A DNA stretch of 42,204 bases from NCBI GenBank assembly GCA_001823215.1, contig MHTV01000001.1:1-42204 (forward strand). Direction: 5' to 3'. Each line of letters opens with the position of its first letter. Within the stretch, counting starts at the first letter, position 1. The stretch is from Candidatus Wildermuthbacteria bacterium RIFCSPHIGHO2_02_FULL_45_25. GTDB lineage: Bacteria; Patescibacteriota; Minisyncoccia; Minisyncoccales; UBA10102. Made by a program: the position numbers and the translations under genes. Under the pieces are notes generated by a model. The model was not told the DNA's origin and did no database searches. It saw nothing but the letters and a program-made list of their open reading frames with translations. Below are positions 37,567 through 42,204 of this stretch, piece by piece.

Positions 37567-37617
37567 AATTTCTTTCTTTTTACTTTTTATTTCCAAAAAT
37601 TCCATCGAGCATTTTCA

Positions 37618-38481
37618 TTATTGCGTACGATCCGAGACTCGCCAACTCCGACCATCGCTTTGAATAAAAATACCACGATTCTTATCGGTTCGCAATAAAG
37701 GAATTCCCAAACGAGAGAGCCGCGCAAGGACTTCTTCGTGAGGATGCCCATAACGGTTATTTTCCCCCACTTGGATAATCCCAAGCGAAGGCGCAATTGC
37801 CTTTATAAATTCTTCTGAACTTGAAGATTTACTTCCATGATGAGGAATTTTTACAATATCCGCTCTTAAATCCACTCCATCGTTCAGCAATTCCTGTTCT
37901 GCGCTCGATGAGATATCTCCCGTCAACAAAAGCTCGGTATCGTGATAGACAAACTTGGCAACAATTGACGTATCATTTACTGGTTTTCCCGCCTTCTGCG
38001 CTTCAGACGGATACAAAATATCCAGAAATTCATCCGGGCGCTCTGACCACTTCACAATTTGCGGCGCGCTCGCACGAAATTTCTTCGCCGGCTCTTTTGC
38101 AATCGCTTCCTTCCAGACGCCAAACACGCCTGTTTCCTTCTCCACGCCAGTCCACAAGATATTCTCCAGATGATATCTTTCTAATACTCCTGGAAGCCCG
38201 CCGATATGATCGTTGTCAGGATGAGTAAGAATAACCAGATCGAGCGATTTATCCCAAAAGGGCATCACTTCCCCTAACTCCTCCAATACCGCCTTATCAG
38301 GCCCGCCATCTATGAGAATTTGATGTCCCTGGGGAGTTTGGATGAAAATGGCGTCCCCTTGTCCCACATCGAGAAACACCATCTGCAAAGACAGAGACGT
38401 TACAATCTCTTTCCAAGTAAAAAAGTTTGCTACTCCAAGGAAAAGAAATATTCCGATTATGAGTTCCCGCCATTGATGCAT
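37618..38481 (-). CDS. ComEC/Rec2-type metallo-beta-lactamase domain protein
   Basis: FLDVGQGDA, THPDNDHIGG, LLTGD, PHHGS, NRYGHP. Confidence 0.9.
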   Translation of the reverse strand: MHQWRELIIGIFLFLGVANFFTWKEIVTSLSLQMVFLDVGQGDAIFIQTPQGHQILIDGGPDKAVLEELGEVMPFWDKSLDLVILTHPDNDHIGGLPGVLERYHLENILWTGVEKETGVFGVWKEAIAKEPAKKFRASAPQIVKWSERPDEFLDILYPSEAQKAGKPVNDTSIVAKFVYHDTELLLTGDISSSAEQELLNDGVDLRADIVKIPHHGSKSSSSEEFIKAIAPSLGIIQVGENNRYGHPHEEVLARLSRLGIPLLRTDKNRGIFIQSDGRSWRVSDRTQ

Positions 38482-38517
38482 ACGAAAATCCCCACCCGTG
38501 AAGGGTGGGGATCAGAG

Positions 38518-38688
38518 TTATACTGCTTTCGCCGGTTTTGGTAAGATTCGAAACATTCCTGTCTTACAAACTGGACATTCACCCTTCATTGCCGGTCGAG
38601 TGCCTCCGCCCTTTGCTTGCATTTCGACCTGCTGGGCATTCGCCATTTCTCTTTTCGCTTTACACTTTACACAATATGCTTCTGCCAT
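38518..38688 (-). CDS. Small zinc-ribbon protein (DUF5679-like)
   Basis: AYCVKCK...GECPVCKTGMFRI; followed by a hairpin at 38488-38512. Confidence 0.78.
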   Translation of the reverse strand: MAEAYCVKCKAKREMANAQQVEMQAKGGGTRPAMKGECPVCKTGMFRILPKPAKAV

Positions 38689-38871
38689 AAGATAAAAAAT
38701 TAATAGTGGTAAAAGACCTTTCATGCGACTACTTCAGACAACATCCTCTTATTTGGCTTATTATTATACGCTAGAACAAAGCCAATGGCTTCGTCAAGTG
38801 CGGAACGGCAATCAGCCATAAGGAAGCACGGCACTTATGCCTATCTCTTTTGTCTGCTATAATAAGAAAAT

Positions 38872-40233
38872 ATGGCTACACTTACCTTTCACGGAGGCGC
38901 GAGAAAAGTTACCGGCGCCAATTATCTTGTAGAGGATCAGGGAACGAAAATTTTAATTGACTGCGGACTTCCCCAAGAACATGAGGATAAAAGCAATAAC
39001 GAGCTTGAAGAATTTCCCTATAACCCAAAAGACATTGACGCGGTATTCATTACTCATGCGCATATTGATCATACGGGCCGCATTCCCCAGCTCTATAAGG
39101 CCGGCTTTCGAGGCGTGATTTACTCAACTGCTCCCACGAAAGATTTTGCCGAGGAACTCCTTATTGATTCTGAAGGCATCATGCGCCAAGAAGCGGAACA
39201 ACAAGGCAAGACACCCCTTTACAACCTCGATGACATTCATAACATCCTTCATCTCTGGCAAAAAGTCGGCTATCACGAGGTTATAAACGTCAAAGGGTTC
39301 CAAGTCGAATTTTTCGACGCCGGACACATTTTGGGATCTGCTTTCATTTTAGTTACGACTCCCCGAGCAAAACGAGTCGTATTCTCGGGAGACCTTGGCA
39401 ATATGCCAAATCCCCTACTCAAGGATACCGAACACATTCCGGATGCTGATTATGTGCTTATCGAATCCACCTATGGCGGACGCCTGCATGAAAACGAGCA
39501 GCAAAGACGCACAATTCTCAAGCAAGCAATTAGGGAAACAATCCATAGAAAAAGTGTTTTGCTCATTCCCGCGTTCGCGATGGAACGCACCCAACAGCTT
39601 CTTTACGAAATCAATGAGCTCAAAGAACACGAACATCTTTCCCCTTTTCCGGTGTACATGGATAGCCCTCTTGCTATCCGTCTAACGGAAATCTATCAAA
39701 GGTATTCCAAAGATCCCCAATACTTCGACCCTCAAACCATCGCGCATATTCAGTCGGGCGATTCTATTTTTGATTTTCCAGGTCTTCATATTACCCGCAC
39801 GTCCCGTCAATCAAAAGAAATCAACAAAAAACCAAATCCCAAAGTAATCCTCGCGGGCTCTGGAATGTCCGAAGGAGGCCGAGTCCTTCACCATGAAGAA
39901 AGATACCTCGCGGAACCAAAAAATATACTCCTCTTCGTAGGATACCAAGCAAAAGACACATTGGGACGACACATCCAGGATGGCGCCGCATTGGTACAAA
40001 TCTTTAATACCAAAGTGCCTATTAGGTGCGCTCGCAAATCCATCAGTGGATATTCAGCGCACGCGGATCAACGAGAACTTCTCAATTGGATTCAGCCGTT
40101 AAAAGGAAGCAACACAACATGCTTTATCGTTCAAGGGGAGATTGAGCAAGCACAAGCATTGTCAGAGAAAATTTCGCAGGAATTTCATATCCAAAACTCT
40201 ATTCCAGAACAGGGAGAAACGGTAGAATTGTAA
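38872..40233 (+). CDS. MBL-fold beta-CASP metallo-hydrolase (putative RNase)
   Basis: THAHIDHTG, AGHILGS, FSGDLG, ESTYG, SAHAD. Confidence 0.92.
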   Translation: MATLTFHGGARKVTGANYLVEDQGTKILIDCGLPQEHEDKSNNELEEFPYNPKDIDAVFITHAHIDHTGRIPQLYKAGFRGVIYSTAPTKDFAEELLIDSEGIMRQEAEQQGKTPLYNLDDIHNILHLWQKVGYHEVINVKGFQVEFFDAGHILGSAFILVTTPRAKRVVFSGDLGNMPNPLLKDTEHIPDADYVLIESTYGGRLHENEQQRRTILKQAIRETIHRKSVLLIPAFAMERTQQLLYEINELKEHEHLSPFPVYMDSPLAIRLTEIYQRYSKDPQYFDPQTIAHIQSGDSIFDFPGLHITRTSRQSKEINKKPNPKVILAGSGMSEGGRVLHHEERYLAEPKNILLFVGYQAKDTLGRHIQDGAALVQIFNTKVPIRCARKSISGYSAHADQRELLNWIQPLKGSNTTCFIVQGEIEQAQALSEKISQEFHIQNSIPEQGETVEL

Positions 40234-40239
40234 AAACGC

Positions 40240-40259
40240 AGTAGTTTCGTAATTCAAAG
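40240..40259 (+). repeat. Solo right-arm remnant of the palindromic element
   Basis: AGTAGTTTCGTAATTCAAAG matches the terminal 20 bp of copies B/C. Confidence 0.7.
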
Positions 40260-40277
40260 GAGGGTATTCCTTTACGT

Positions 40278-41165
40278 CTATAATACAAACAATTGCGCGG
40301 CCGCCGCAATCAGAAGCAATCCTCCAAATCCTACGACAAACCATGCGAAATTAAGTTTTTGAGCGGTTTTGAGAAGCAGATGAATGGTCAGCAAGCCAAA
40401 GATAAACGAACCAAGAAGTCCCCAGAGAGCAACGGGAGTTATGGTAAAATCTCTTGCCGAAAGCAAGATATTTCCTCCTAGAACCGCAGGCAAACTCATG
40501 AGAAAACTCACTCGCAACGCCGCGATATCTCCAAATCCGCGCAACAAAAGACCAGAAACTGTAAACCCAGATCGCGAGAACCCCGGGAGTGCGGCTAATC
40601 CTTGCAGAATCCCCAACAACCACGCATCTCCCATCGAAAGCTGATCAATCCCCTTCCCCCCATCGCGTGATTTCCGTTTTCGCGCTCGCAGTTGAAGCAT
40701 TCCCGTACCGATAAGCAAAAATCCCACCATCGCGGTAATAATTTGCGTACTTGATTGAAGATGCGCTTTGAGATATTCATCCGTGTATGCCAAGACAATC
40801 TCAAGCAAGGTAAATCCCACCACGCCGCTAACGAATGTCGCAACAACCAAAAACCTTACCAGCGCCACAACTTCTTTATTATGCTTTTGTTCTTTGCGAT
40901 GAAAAATATGCCACGAGATAATGAAAAATGGCCGCTCTCTGCGCACTTCAAATAACACTCGCAACACATCCAAAACATCTTTTCTGAAATACCACAAAGC
41001 GGCTAAAAATGTTCCCAAATGTAAAAACAAAGCGAGCTCAATGCCATCCGTAATGCTTTTCTCGTGGAAGAAATTTGTCTGCACAAGCAAAAGCATTCCT
41101 TTTGAACTGATGGGAAGCCACTCGGTAATCCCCTGCGCAACTCCTAAAATAATCCCCTCAAACAT
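40278..41165 (-). CDS. uppP: Undecaprenyl-diphosphate phosphatase
   Basis: QGITEWLPISS, HLGT, LPGFSRSG, SFLMSLP; start trimmed to MFEGIILG. Confidence 0.9.
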   Translation of the reverse strand: MFEGIILGVAQGITEWLPISSKGMLLLVQTNFFHEKSITDGIELALFLHLGTFLAALWYFRKDVLDVLRVLFEVRRERPFFIISWHIFHRKEQKHNKEVVALVRFLVVATFVSGVVGFTLLEIVLAYTDEYLKAHLQSSTQIITAMVGFLLIGTGMLQLRARKRKSRDGGKGIDQLSMGDAWLLGILQGLAALPGFSRSGFTVSGLLLRGFGDIAALRVSFLMSLPAVLGGNILLSARDFTITPVALWGLLGSFIFGLLTIHLLLKTAQKLNFAWFVVGFGGLLLIAAAAQLFVL

Positions 41166-41245
41166 AATTACATTATTGCATACTTGATACAAATGCTCCA
41201 AACTTGTTTGGAGCATTTGTATCTCTATCATTGTTGCGGATTTCT

Positions 41246-42031
41246 TTATCGAATTTCTTTTCCCGAACCAAGATTTAACTCCTTTGCCGCGTTTCCACCT
41301 TGCGCTACAATTTCCACAAACCGATCCTCTCCAATCCCCGAACTTCCGATTACCAATGCAATTTCCCCGTCTGGCACATCTTTTAATCGTGAATACATAG
41401 GCAGGTTTCCAAATTTTGTTTGGCAAAATTTGCCAGCTTCAAAATTTATTTCTTCAGGCAAAATTGTTGTTTTGCAATTTCCAAAGTTATCCACCCACCA
41501 CACCGACTTGGGCGCATCCGGCACCTCACTCATTGGCATGCTTTCAAATGGCAAATCATATCCTTCTTCAATCCATTGCACGGCTTTTGGCAGAAAATCA
41601 AAACTCCTGAATTGACTATTCTGGATTCGCGCCATTTCCTTTTGTCCGAGCAATCTCCTCTCCTTCGCAAACCGCAGGACAGTCGAAATATCCAGAACAC
41701 GAATATCTTGCGCAATCTTAAACTTTTTTGCCAAAGAAAGCGTCAATCCATCCACCGAAGCTAACACCAGCGCATCTTTATGCCAAAAGTACCCAAAGGG
41801 AGTCCCATTGGGCCATTTTTTTGCTCTTCCCGACCTCGGAGCCACATTTGCCATCACAACTCCCCTTTTGCTTTCTGCAGCGTCTAGTGCGTCAATAAGA
41901 TTTCCTGCCGCTTCAAGGTCATTTTGCACTCCGATAATCGTTGCTTGCCCCCGCAAAAAGGTTACTGCTCTTGTGATTTGCCGTCCTGCGGCATTCGCAT
42001 CCTGACAATCATTGATAATAACAATAAACAT
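41246..42031 (-). CDS. SAM hydroxide adenosyltransferase / chlorinase-fluorinase family protein
   Basis: SQFRSFD, WWVDNFGNCKT, IGSSG, EIVAQGGNAAKELNL. Confidence 0.78.
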   Translation of the reverse strand: MFIVIINDCQDANAAGRQITRAVTFLRGQATIIGVQNDLEAAGNLIDALDAAESKRGVVMANVAPRSGRAKKWPNGTPFGYFWHKDALVLASVDGLTLSLAKKFKIAQDIRVLDISTVLRFAKERRLLGQKEMARIQNSQFRSFDFLPKAVQWIEEGYDLPFESMPMSEVPDAPKSVWWVDNFGNCKTTILPEEINFEAGKFCQTKFGNLPMYSRLKDVPDGEIALVIGSSGIGEDRFVEIVAQGGNAAKELNLGSGKEIR

Positions 42032-42063
42032 ACAAAGAAAAGTTATCAGATTGAGCCCTTTGT

Positions 42064-42089
42064 AAAAAACCTTCGGAGTTTTCCGAAGG
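42064..42089 (-). terminator. Intrinsic terminator of a gene beyond the right edge
   Basis: CCTTCGGA-AAAC-TCCGAAGG followed by T6 on the minus strand. Confidence 0.6.
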
Positions 42090-42204
42090 ATGTGCGCGAT
42101 GTTTCTTTCTTAGCTTTTTTCTACACAGCAAACCTCCGACCCTTTCGCGGGAACAAGTTCGTCATGCCCATTATCATAAACATTTGCTGTCTCATAATTC
42201 GTCG

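Overview
Chromosomal window from a bacterium that is very probably CPR/Patescibacteria (Parcubacteria-like). This is inferred from the missing rpmD/L30 in the spc cluster, the gene content and the many apparently leaderless promoters. The left ~13.6 kb is a defence island on the minus strand. It holds a fic-radC-hsdR (type I RM) operon running off the edge, a 5'-truncated SPFH gene and a complete type V-A CRISPR-Cas locus: cas12a, cas4, cas1, cas2, and 23 identical 36-bp repeats with 22 spacers of 25-27 bp. Two toxin-antitoxin modules (one decayed) sit between cas12a and cas4. The locus also has an orphan repeat behind cas2 and a pseudoknot-like leader in front of cas12a. The rest is housekeeping: tpiA, dedA, galT, a GT2, the str/S10/spc ribosomal clusters, tRNA-Pro, a compact 6S RNA, HU, ndk, uppP and others. 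Dispersed through it is a family of 130-165-bp palindromic intergenic elements with covarying stems and a conserved structured core. All calls were made by eye from motifs; no database searches were run.
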